From Auanema rhodensis (taxonomy: Eukaryota; Animalia; Nematoda): DNA of 64,000 bases. The position numbers and the translations under genes were made by a program. A model generated the notes under the pieces. That model did not search any database and was not told where the DNA came from. It worked only from the letters and a program-made list of their open reading frames with translations. Below, piece by piece: positions 41,168 to 53,000 of this stretch (position 1 is its first letter; each line of letters starts with the position of its first letter). Location: NCBI GenBank assembly GCA_964057225.1, contig OZ059897.1, forward strand, positions 4,774,001 to 4,838,000. The letters are read 5' to 3'.

Positions 41168-43558
41168 TTTATTATGGGTGACCTGAACTTTCCTAATATC
41201 AATTGGGATCTTCTTCAGTCCTCACTCTCATCTCCTTCTAGTAAATCAATTATTCAATTTCTCCAAAGTAGTCACTCTGATCAACTTGTCAATTTTCCTA
41301 CACGTGGTAACAACATCTTAGACTACCTTATCACAAACAATCCTTCAATCATATCTAATATATCACGCTCCCCTCCATTGGGTAACTCCGATCACTTCTC
41401 GGTTACATTCTCCATCATCATCAACACCCCTGTATCCCCTCTGGATACCCTTCCTTTCTCTTCCAATACACTCTTCAATACCTCCTCACTTTCCAACTTT
41501 TCTCAACTCAATTTCTATCGAGCCGACTTCAATGCCATCAATCGCCATCTTGTCAGCATCGACTTTTCTTTGGTATTATCTGGTCTTTCCCCTCTTGACT
41601 CTTACTCCAAATTCATCAACATCCTACAATCCATAATCTCTGTATTCGTTCCTCACAAACAACCTAGGCGTAGAAAAAAAGTTGACCGCAATATTGCGGA
41701 TCTCTACTGTTACATCAAAAGGCTCAGTTCATCTATTTGCCACCGTGACGAGCTTCTCCGCAAAAAACTAACTATAAAACTAGATAGACTTATTAAACAA
41801 AAGTCTATTTTGGAAGAAGAACACATTGCTTCAACCAATAACCCCAAACTTTTTTATCGCTTCTGTAGAACTCGTCTCGGTGGTTGCTCTTCAGATATCC
41901 CCACGATTAGACTTGGTGAAGAAATATACTCGACAGACACAGAAAAAGCTTCCATTTTTGCAAGCTCTTTTTCTGTCAAACCAAGTATTTCATCGGATTT
42001 AATCAACAGCTCCTCTCGCCCTTCTTCTATCATTGATTTTATAGACATTTCTCCCGAAAAAGTCTATAAAGTTCTTTCTCATCTTCCTCTCAGAGTTTCT
42101 ACTTCTTCTGATGGCATTCCCTACTACTTTCTTAATCAGTGCGCCTCTACTCTTTGCTACCCACTTGCCTTCATTTTTCACAATTTACTCGTTTCTTCTT
42201 CATGCCCTCCGGACTGGAAGAAAGCTTGGATCCGTCCTGTTTTCAAATCCGGAAATCGCTCTAATCCTTCAAACTATCGCCCTATATCATTAACACCAAG
42301 TCTTTCCAAAGTTTTTGAGCGACTCATTTCACCCCCGCTCCTCCACTTTGGCATTTCTACTGGATCTATATCTGCTCACCAGCACGCTTTTCTTCCTAAA
42401 CGTAATACCATATCAGCAATCATTAACAATCATATTGCCTGGAGATCATGTTTAGATAAAAACATTCCAGTCTATACTGCTTTTATAGACTTCTCTAAAG
42501 CTTTTGATCTAATTGATCACTCGGTTCTTTTCCACAAATTTAAAACCATTGGTATCTGCGGTTCTCTTCAAACTTTTCTCAAAAACTTCATCACTGGCAG
42601 ATCTTACTCAGTTCTTGTCAATGGTTCTCTTTCTACTTCTGTAAACTTATCTTGTGGTGTCCCACAAGGCACTGTTCTCGGTCCTCTTCTATTCCTTTTC
42701 TTTATTAATGACATTACGTCTTCTCTCCCTGAAGACGTTCATCCTACACTTTTTGCCGATGATCTCAAACTATACAGTACTAATCCGGTAAGTCTACAGA
42801 TTGCCTTAAACACAATCAACGCCTGGTGCAAAAATAATGGAATGATGGTCAACACCACCAAATCCAAAATTATGATTGTGTGCAATAATAGCTCAACCCT
42901 CAACCCCACCGAGCCATTTACCTTTGGTGAGTTTCCTTTAGATTTTGTACCTCATTATAAAGACCTTGGAGTCTTAACTGATAACAATCTAACATTTGAT
43001 TGTCACATAAACGCCATCTCTTGCGCCGCAGCTCTCAAATGTCGCATCCTTCTACGTTGCTTCTACTCTAGATCACCTTCATTTATGTTCAACCTTTTTT
43101 GCAGCTACGTTCGACCAATCCTTGAATATGCATCCGTGATATGGTCTCCCCAAGTATCTAAAAAAATATCTCGTATTGAGATGGTTCAAAAAAAATTCTT
43201 GCGAGCAGTCTTCTCAAGAGCAGGAATTTTTTCCGACTACAAAAGTCAGCTCACTTTTTTGAATGCTCAAGAACTATCAACCAGGAGACAGGTAACTGAT
43301 CTAGGTTTCTATTTCTCTCAAATTAAAGACGTATCAACGGACAGTATTTTAAGAATTTTTCAAATTAAACATTTCACCCACTCTCTTCGCAGACACCAAT
43401 GGAATATCGACTATCCCGAGCTTCGGAAAAAGGCGACAAGAAATGGTATTGAGTACAGAAGCATCAAAACATGGAACGATCTACCTGAAAACCTTATCAA
43501 CCTTACTAATGTTCATAATTTTAAAAAACACCTACTCTCTGCTCCAATTGATTTGTAA
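41087..43558 (+). CDS. 823-aa ORF: 27 satellite-derived codons fused to a truncated LINE ORF2 (partial APE endonuclease + reverse transcriptase)
   Basis: Endonuclease motifs GDLN (41177), NILDY and SDH (41387-41395). RT motifs NYRPISL, DFSKAFD, GVPQGTVLGPLLF, FADD (42752-42763) and YKDLG. C-terminal LEYASVIWSP and WNDLP as in CR1/Jockey-group ORF2s. No stops or frameshifts. The N-terminal half of the endonuclease and any ORF1 are missing. Confidence refers to the RT ORF identity, not to expression. Confidence 0.9.
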   Translation: MDMRNIILKIASLYLSREVSYIPSAHHFIMGDLNFPNINWDLLQSSLSSPSSKSIIQFLQSSHSDQLVNFPTRGNNILDYLITNNPSIISNISRSPPLGNSDHFSVTFSIIINTPVSPLDTLPFSSNTLFNTSSLSNFSQLNFYRADFNAINRHLVSIDFSLVLSGLSPLDSYSKFINILQSIISVFVPHKQPRRRKKVDRNIADLYCYIKRLSSSICHRDELLRKKLTIKLDRLIKQKSILEEEHIASTNNPKLFYRFCRTRLGGCSSDIPTIRLGEEIYSTDTEKASIFASSFSVKPSISSDLINSSSRPSSIIDFIDISPEKVYKVLSHLPLRVSTSSDGIPYYFLNQCASTLCYPLAFIFHNLLVSSSCPPDWKKAWIRPVFKSGNRSNPSNYRPISLTPSLSKVFERLISPPLLHFGISTGSISAHQHAFLPKRNTISAIINNHIAWRSCLDKNIPVYTAFIDFSKAFDLIDHSVLFHKFKTIGICGSLQTFLKNFITGRSYSVLVNGSLSTSVNLSCGVPQGTVLGPLLFLFFINDITSSLPEDVHPTLFADDLKLYSTNPVSLQIALNTINAWCKNNGMMVNTTKSKIMIVCNNSSTLNPTEPFTFGEFPLDFVPHYKDLGVLTDNNLTFDCHINAISCAAALKCRILLRCFYSRSPSFMFNLFCSYVRPILEYASVIWSPQVSKKISRIEMVQKKFLRAVFSRAGIFSDYKSQLTFLNAQELSTRRQVTDLGFYFSQIKDVSTDSILRIFQIKHFTHSLRRHQWNIDYPELRKKATRNGIEYRSIKTWNDLPENLINLTNVHNFKKHLLSAPIDL

Positions 43559-44047
43559 ACCATCCATTGTAATTAATGTTCTCACCTCTCGAAAAACTAT
43601 TTTTTTTCTTTTATCAGGCTCCTTTTTATTTGTAGTTCGTATTTTTTCACACTTCTCTATGACCACATGGCAACAGTCTACCATCTATTTTTCTTTGTCC
43701 CTTCTCAATAATTGTTACTTCGTCACTATTCCTATAGACATTAGTCATACGGATCGGACGCTAGTTACCTCCAAATTGCTAGAACGGGCTTGCCTCACAT
43801 CACGAGTACCACCGTACCTAACAACCACATTAGTGAGGTCAGCCATTGTGCTGAACAAACCCCAAGCATACAGCAAGAATTTTATTTGGCAGACTGTTCA
43901 CTATTGATCATAGATAAGCGAGCTCTTATCGAACTTACAATATTAAAAGTCCTTTTTTATGTTCTTATTGAATGGTTCTTGATTTTTTCACTCCATGACT
44001 TAACAGCTACTGTCTTAACCTGTGATATTGAACAATAAACATTAAAC
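41168..44047 (+). mobile_element. 5'-truncated non-LTR retrotransposon (LINE, APE-type, most likely CR1/L2/Jockey group), 2880 bp
   Basis: Unique C/T-rich sequence flanked by in-register SatB: left ...CACATCAC|, right |GTGTACATTT. The phase shift across it (5520 mod 176 = 64) fits a 2880-bp insertion. It encodes the endonuclease C-terminal part plus RT, has a 489-bp 3' UTR, and ends in AATAAAC-ATTAAAC. No LTRs. Clade assigned from motif style only. Confidence 0.95.
43559..44047 (+). other. LINE 3' UTR ending in an imperfect 7-bp tandem tail (AATAAAC ATTAAAC, 44034-44047) that includes AATAAA
   Basis: Lies between the ORF stop (43558) and resumption of SatB at 44048. No poly(A) tract; short-repeat tails are typical of CR1/L2-type elements. 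Confidence 0.8.
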
Positions 44048-47000
44048 GTGTACATTTAATTAGCATAAATTAAAGTTCACGTAAATTTCAAAGTCATGGT
44101 TACCATGCACTAATATCAATAAAAATTTGTTTTTAGACTAATATGGACATGGGGAATCTAATTTTGAAAACCGCATCTCTTTATCTTTCACGTGAAGCAA
44201 GTTACATACCAAGTGCACATCACGTGCACATTTAATTAGCATAAATTAAAGTTCACGTAAATTTCAAAGTCATGGTTACCATGCACCAATATCAATAAAA
44301 ATTTGTTTTTAGACTAATATGGACATGGGGAATCTAATTTTAAAAACCGCATCTCTTTATCTTTCACGTGAAGTGAGTTACATACCAAGTGCACAGCACG
44401 TGTACATTTAATTAGCATAAATTAAAGTTCACGTAAATTTCAAAGTCATGGTTACCATGCACCAATATTAATAAAAATTTGTTTTTAGACTAATATGGAC
44501 ATGGGGAATCTAATTTTGAAAACCGCGTCTCTTTATCTTTCACGTGAAGCAAGTTACATACCAAGTGCACATCACGTGTACATTTAATTAGCATAAATTA
44601 AAGTTCACGTAAATTTCAAAGTCATGGTTACCATGCACTAATATCAATAAGAATTTGTTTTTAGACTAATATGGACATGGGGAATCTAATTTTGAAAACC
44701 GCATCTCTTTATCTTTCACGTGAAGCAAGTTACATACCAAGTGCACATCACGTGCACATTTAATTAGCATAAATTAAAGTTCACGTAAATTTCAAAGTCA
44801 TGGTTACCATGCACTAATATCAATAAAAATTTGTTTTTAGACTAATATGGACATGGGGAATCTAATTTTAAAAACCGCATCTCTTTATCTTTCACGTAAA
44901 GTGAGTTACATACCAAGTGCACAGCACGTGTACATTTAATTAGCATAAATTAAAGTTCACGTAAATTTCAAAGTCATGGTTACCATGCACCAATATCAAT
45001 AAAAATTTGTTTTTAGACTAATATGGACATGGGGAATCTAATTTTGAAAACCGCATCTCTTTATCTTTCACGTGAAGTGAGTTACATACCAAGTGCACAG
45101 CACGTGTACATTTAATTAGCATAAATTAAAGTTCACGTAAATTTCAAAGTCATGGTTACCATGCACTAATATCAATAAAAATTTGTTTTTAGACTAATAT
45201 GGACATGGGGAATCTAATTTTGAATACCGCATCTCTTTATCTTTCACGTGAAGCAAGTTACATACCAAGTGCACATCACGTGCACATTTAATTAGCATAA
45301 ATTAAAGTTCACGTAAATTTCAAAGTCATGGTTACCATGCACCAATATCAATAAAAATTTGTTTTTAGACTAATATGGACATGGGGAATCTAATATTGAA
45401 AACCGCATCTCTTTATCTTTCACGTGAAGTGAGTTACATACCAAGTGCACAGCACGTGTACATTTAATTAGCATAAATTAAAGTTCACGTAAATTTCGAA
45501 GTCATGGTTACCATGCACCAATATCAATAAAAATTTGTTCTTAGACTAATATGGACATGGGGACTCTAATTTTAAAAACCGCATCTCTTTATCTTTCACG
45601 TGAAGTGAGTTACATACCAAGTGCACAGCACGTGTACATTTAATTAGCATAAATTAAAGTTCACGTAAATTTCAAAGTCATGGTTACCATGCACTAATAT
45701 CAATAAAAATTTGTTTTTAGACTAATATGGACATGGGGAATCTAATTGTGAAAACCGCATCTCTTTATCTTTCACGTGAAGCAAGTTACATACCAAGTGC
45801 ACATCACGTGCACATTTAATTAGCATAAATTAAAGTTCACGTAAATTTCAAAGTCATGGTTACCATGAACCAATATCAATAAAAATTTGTTTTTAGACTA
45901 ATATGGACATGGGGAATCTAATTTTGAAAACCGCGTCTCTTTATCTTTCACGTGAAGTGAGTTACATACCAAGTGCACATCACGTGTACATTTAATTAGC
46001 ATAAATTAAAGTTCACGTAAATTTCAAAGTCATGGTTACCATGCACCAATATCAATAAAAATTTGTTCTTAGACTAATATGGACATGGGGAATCTAATTT
46101 TAAAAACCGCATCTCTTTATCTTTCACGTGAAGTGAGTTACATACCAAGTGCACAGCACGTGTACATTTAATTAGCATAAATTAAAGTTCACGTAAATTT
46201 CAAAGTCATGGTTACCATGCACTAATATCAATAAAAATTTGTTTTTAGACTAATATGGACATGGGGAATCTAATTTTGAATACCGCATCTCTTTATCTTT
46301 CACGTGAAGCAAGTTACATACCAAGTGCACATCACGTGCACATTTAATTAGCATAAATTAAAGTTCACGTAAATTTCAAAGTCATGGTTACCATGCACCA
46401 ATATCAATAAAAATTTGTTTTTAGACTAATATGGACATGGGGAATCTAATTTTGAAAACCGCATCTCTTTATCTTTCACGTGAAGCGAGTTACATACCAA
46501 GTGCACATCACGTGTACATTTAATTAGCATAAATTAAAGTTCACGTAAATTTCAAAGTCATGGTTACCATGCACCAATATCAATAAAAATTTGTTTTTAG
46601 ACTAATATGGACATGGGGAATCTAATTTTGAAAACCGCATCTCTTTATCTTTCACGTGAAGCGAGTTACATACCAAGTGCACATCACGTGTACATTTAAT
46701 TAGCATAAATTAAAGTTCACGTAAATTTCAAAGTCATGGTTACCATGCACCAATATCAATAAAAATTTGTTTTTAGACTAATATGGACATGGGGAATCTA
46801 ATTTTGAAAACCGCATCTCTTTATCTTTCACGTGAAGTGAGTTACATACCAAGTGCACAGCACGTGTACATTTAATTAGCATAAATTAAAGTTCACGTAA
46901 ATTTCAAAGTCATGGTTACCATGCACCAATATCAATAAAAATTTGTTTTTAGACTAATATGGACATGGGGAATCTAATATTGAAAACCGCATCTCTTTAT

Positions 47001-50000
47001 CTTTCACGTGAAGTGAGTTACATACCAAGTGCACAGCACGTGTACATTTAATTAGCATAAATTAAAGTTCACGTAAATTTCAAAGTCATGGTTACCATGC
47101 ACCAATATCAATAAAAATTTGTTCTTAGACTAATATGGACATGGGGAATCTAATTTTAAAAACCGCATCTCTTTATCTTTCACGTGAAGTGAGTTACATA
47201 CCAAGTGCACAGCACGTGTACATTTAATTAGCATAAATTAAAGTTCACGTAAATTTCAAAGTCATGGTTACCATGCACCAATATCAATAAAAATTTGTTT
47301 TTAGACTAATATGGACATGGGGAATCTAATTTTGAAAACCGCGTCTCTTTATCTTTCACGTGAAGTGAGTTACATACCAAGTGCACATCACGTGTACATT
47401 TAATTAGCATAAATTAAAGTTCACGTAAATTTCAAAGTCATGGTTACCATGCACTAATATCAATAAAAATTTGTTTTTAGACTAATATGGACATGGGGAA
47501 TCTAATTTTGAATACCGCATCTCTTTATCTTTCACGTGAAGCAAGTTACATACCAAGTGCACATCACGTGTACATTTAATTAGCATAAATTAAAGTTCAC
47601 GTAAATTTCAAAGTCATGGTTACCATGCACCAATATCAATAAAAATTTGTTTTTAGACTAATATGGACATGGGGAATCTAATTTTGAATACCGCATCTCT
47701 TTATCTTTCACGTGAAGCAAGTTACATACCAAGTGCACATCACGTGTACATTTAATTAGCATAAATTAAAGTTCACGTAAATTTCAAAGTCATGGTTACC
47801 ATGCACCAATATCAATAAAAATTTGTTTTTAGACTAATATGGACATGGGGAATCTAATTTTGAATACCGCATCTCTTTATCTTTCACGTGAAGCAAGTTA
47901 CATACCAAGTGCACATCACGTGTACATTTAATTAGCATAAATTAAAGTTCACGTAAATTTCAAAGTCATGGTTACCATGCACTAATATCAATAAAAATTT
48001 GTTTTTAGACTAATATGGACATGGGGAATCTAATTTTGAATACCGCATCTCTTTATCTTTCACGTGAAGCAAGTTACATACCAAGTGCACATCACGTGCA
48101 CATTTAATTAGCATAAATTAAAGTTCACGTAAATTTCAAAGTCATGGTTACCATGCACCAATATCAATAAAAATTTGTTTTTAGACTAATATGGACATGG
48201 GGAATCTAATTTTAAAAACCGCATCTCTTTATCTTTCACGTGAAGCGAGTTACATACCAAGTGCACATCACGTGTACATTTAATTAGCATAAATTAAAGT
48301 TCACGTAAATTTCAAAGTCATGGTTACCATGCACCAATATCAATAAAAATTTGTTTTTAGACTAATATGGACATGGGGAATCTAATTTTGAAAACCGCAT
48401 CTCTTTATCTTTCACGTGAAGCGAGTTACATACCAAGTGCACATCACGTGTACATTTAATTAGCATAAATTAAAGTTCACGTAAATTTCAAAGTCATGGT
48501 TACCATGCACCAATATCAATAAAAATTTGTTTTTAGACTAATATGGACATGGGGAATCTAATTTTGAAAACCGCATCTCTTTATCTTTCACGTGAAGTGA
48601 GTTACATACCAAGTGTACATCACGTGCACATTTAATTAGCATAAATTAAAGTTCACGTAAATTTCAAAGTCATGGTTACCATGCACCAATATCAATAAAA
48701 ATTTGTTTTTAGACTAATATGGACATGGGGAATCTAATTTTGAATACCGCATCTCTTTATCTTTCACGTGAAGCAAGTTACATACCAAGTGCACATCACG
48801 TGTACATTTAATTAGCATAAATTAAAGTTCACGTAAATTTCAAAGTCATGGTTACCATGCACCAATATCAATAAAAATTCGTTTTTAGACTAATATGGAC
48901 ATGGGGAATCTAATTTTGAAAACCGCATCTCTTTATCTTTCACGTGAAGTGAGTTACATACCAAGTGCACAGCACGTGTACATTTAATTAGCATAAATTA
49001 AAGTTCACGTAAATTTCAAAGTCATGGTTACCATGCACTAATATCAATAAAAATTTGTTTTTAGACTAATATGGACATGGGGAATCTAATTTTGAATACC
49101 GCATCTCTTTATCTTTCACGTGAAGCAAGTTACATACCAAGTGCACATCACGTGCACATTTAATTAGCATAAATTAAAGTTCACGTAAATTTCAAAGTCA
49201 TGGTTACAATGCACCAATATCAATAAAAATTTGTTTTTAGACTAATATGGACATGGGGAATCTAATTTTAAAAACCGCATCTCTTTATCTTTCACGTGAA
49301 GCGAGTTACATACCAAGTGCACATCACGTGTACATTTAATTAGCATAAATTAAAGTTCACGTAAATTTCAAAGTCATGGTTACCATGCACCAATATCAAT
49401 AAAAATTTGTTTTTAGACTAATATGGACATGGGGAATCTAATTTTGAAAACCGCATCTCTTTATCTTTCACGTGAAGCGAGTTACATACCAAGTGCACAT
49501 CACGTGTACATTTAATTAGCATAAATTAAAGTTCACGTAAATTTCAAAGTCATGGTTACCATGCACCAATATCAATAAAAATTTGTTTTTAGACTAATAT
49601 GGACATGGGGAATCTAATTTTGAAAACCGCATCTCTTTATCTTTCACGTGAAGCGAGTTACATACCAAGTGCACATCACGTGTACATTTAATTAGCATAA
49701 ATTAAAGTTCACGTAAATTTCAAAGTCATGGTTACCATGCACCAATATCAATAAAAATTTGTTTTTAGACTAATATGGACATGGGGAATCTAATTTTGAA
49801 AACCGCATCTCTTTATCTTTCACGTGAAGTGAGTTACATACCAAGTGTACATCACGTGCACATTTAATTAGCATAAATTAAAGTTCACGTAAATTTCAAA
49901 GTCATGGTTACCATGCACCAATATCAATAAAAATTTGTTTTTAGACTAATATGGACATGGGGAATCTAATATTGAAAACCGCATCTCTTTATCTTTCACG

Positions 50001-53000
50001 TGAAGCAAGTTACATACCAAGTGCACATCACGTGTACATTTAATTAGCATAAATTAAAGTTCACGTAAATTTCAAAGTCATGGTTACCATGCACCAATAT
50101 CAATAAAAATTTGTTTTTAGACTAATATGGACATGGGGAATCTAATTTTGAAAACCGCATCTCTTTATCTTTCACGTGAAGCAAGTTACGAACCAAGTGC
50201 ACATCACGTGTACATTTAATTAGCATAAATTAAAGTTCACGTAAATTTCAAAGTCATGGTTACCATGCACCAATATGAATAAAAATTTGTTTTTAGACTA
50301 ATATGGACATGGGGAATCTAATTTTGAAAACCGCATCTCTTTATCTTTCACGTGAAGCGAGTTACATACCAAGCGCACATCACGTGTACATTTAATTAGC
50401 ATAAATTAAAGTTCACGTAAATTTCAAAGTCATGGTTACCATGAACCAATATCAATAAAAATTTGTTTTTAGACTAATATGGACATGGGGAATCTAATTT
50501 TGAAAACCGCATCTCTTTATCTTTCACGTGAAGTGAGTTACATACCAAGTGCACAGCACGTGTACATTTAATTAGCATAAATTAAAGTTCACGTAAATTT
50601 CAAAGTCATGGTTACCATGCACTAATATCAATAAAAATTTGTTTTTAGACTAATATGGACATGGGGAATCTAATTTTGAAAACCGCATCTCTTTATCTTT
50701 CACGTGAAGCAAGTTACATACCAAGTGCACATCACGTGCACATTTAATTAGCATAAATTAAAGTTCACGTAAATTTCAAAGTCATGGTTACCATGCACCA
50801 ATATCAATAAAAATTTGTTTTTAGACTAATATGGACATGGGGAATCTAATTTTGAAAACCGCATCTCTTTATCTTTCACGTGAAGTGAGTTACATACCAA
50901 GTGCACATCACGTGTACATTTAATTAGCATAAATTAAAGTTCACGTAAATTTCAAAGTCATGGTTACCATGCACTAATATCAATAAGAATTTGTTTTTAG
51001 ACTAATATGGACATGGGGAATCTAATTTTGAAAACCGCATCTCTTTATCTTTCACGTGAAGCGAGTTACATACCAAGTGCACATCACGTGCACATTTAAT
51101 TAGCATAAATTAAAGTTCACGTAAATTTCAAAGTCATGGTTACCATGCACCAATATCAATAAAAATTTGTTTTTAGACTAATATGGACATGGGGAATCTA
51201 ATTTTAAAAACCGCATCTCTTTATCTTTCACGTGAAGCAAGTTACATACCAAGTGCATAGCACGTGTACATTTAATTAGCATAAATTAAAGTTCACGTAA
51301 ATTTCAAAGTCATGGTTACCATGCACCAATATCAATAAAAATTTGTTTTTAGACTAATATGGACATGGGGAATCTAATTGTGAAAACCGCATCTCTTTAT
51401 CTTTCACGTGAAGCGAGTTACATACCAAGTGCACATCACGTGTACATTTAATTAACATAAATTAAAGTTCACGTAAATTTCAAACTCATGGTTACCATGC
51501 ACCAATATCAATAAAAATTTGTTTTTAGACTAATATGGACATGGGGAATCTAATTTTGAAAACCGCATCTCATTATCTTTCACGTGAAGTGGGTTACATA
51601 CCAAGTGCACAGCACGTGTACATTTAATTAGCATAAATTAAAGTTCACGTAAATTTCAAAGTCATGGTTACCATGCACCAATATCAATAAAAATTTGTTT
51701 TTAGACTAATATGGACATGGGGAATCTAATTGTGAAAACCGCATCTCTTTATCTTTCACGTGAAGCAAGTTACATACCAAGTGCACATCACGTGCACATT
51801 TAATTAGCATAAATTAAAGTTCACGTAAATTTCAAACTCATGGTTACCATGCACCAATATCAATAAAAATTTGTTTTTAGACTAATATGGACATGGGGAA
51901 TCTAATTTTGAAAACCGCATCTCTTTATCTTTCACGTGAAGCAAGTTACATACCAAGTGCACAGCACGTGTACATTTAATTAGCATAAATTAAAGTTCAC
52001 GTAAATTTCAAAGTCATGGTTACCATGCACCAATATCAATAAAAATTTGTTTTTAGACTAATATGGACATGAGGAATCTAATTTTGAAAACCGCATCTCT
52101 TTATCTTTCACGTGAAGCGAGTTACATACCAAGTGCACAGCACGTGTACATTTAATTAGCATAAATTAAAGTTCACGTAAATTTCAAAGTCATGGTTACC
52201 ATGCACCAATATCAATAAAAATTTGTTTTTAGACTAATATGGACATGGGGAATCTAATTTTGAAAACCGCATCTCTTTATCTTTCACGTGAAGTGAGTTA
52301 CATACCAAGTGCACATCACGTGTACATTTAATTAGCATAAATTAAAGTTCACGTAAATTTCAAAGTCATGGTTACCATGCACTAATATCAATAAGAATTT
52401 GTTTTTAGACTAATATGGACATGGGGAATCTAATTTTGAAAACCGCATCTCTTTATCTTTCACGTGAAGCGAGTTACATACCAAGTGCACATCACGTGCA
52501 CATTTAATTAGCATAAATTAAAGTTCACGTAAATTTCAAAGTCATGGTTACCATGCACTAATATCAATAAAAATTTGTTTTTAGACTAATATGGACATGG
52601 GGAATCTAATTTTAAAAACCGCATCTCTTTATCTTTCACGTGAAGCAAGTTACATACCAAGTGCATAGCACGTGTACATTTAATTAGCATAAATTAAAGT
52701 TCACGTAAATTTCAAACTCATGGTTACCATGCACCAATATCAATAAAAATTTGTTTTTAGACTAATATGGACATGGGGAATCTAATTTTGAAAACCGCAT
52801 CTCATTATCTTTCACGTGAAGCAAGTTACATACCAAGTGCACATCACGTGTACATTTAATTAGCATAAATTAAAGTTCACGTAAATTTCAAAGTCATGGT
52901 TACCATGCACCAATATCAATAAAAATTTGTTTTTAGACTAATATGGACATGGGGAATCTAATATTGAAAACCGCATCTCTTTATCTTTCACGTGAAGCAA

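Noticed and set aside
41854-42293. Three 60-64-aa ORFs inside the RT gene
   Set aside because: Shadow frames of the LINE ORF with no motifs.
41150-44065. Conventional long TSD, poly(A) tail or LTRs
   Set aside because: Only AC is shared at the junctions; wider flank similarity is simply satellite periodicity.
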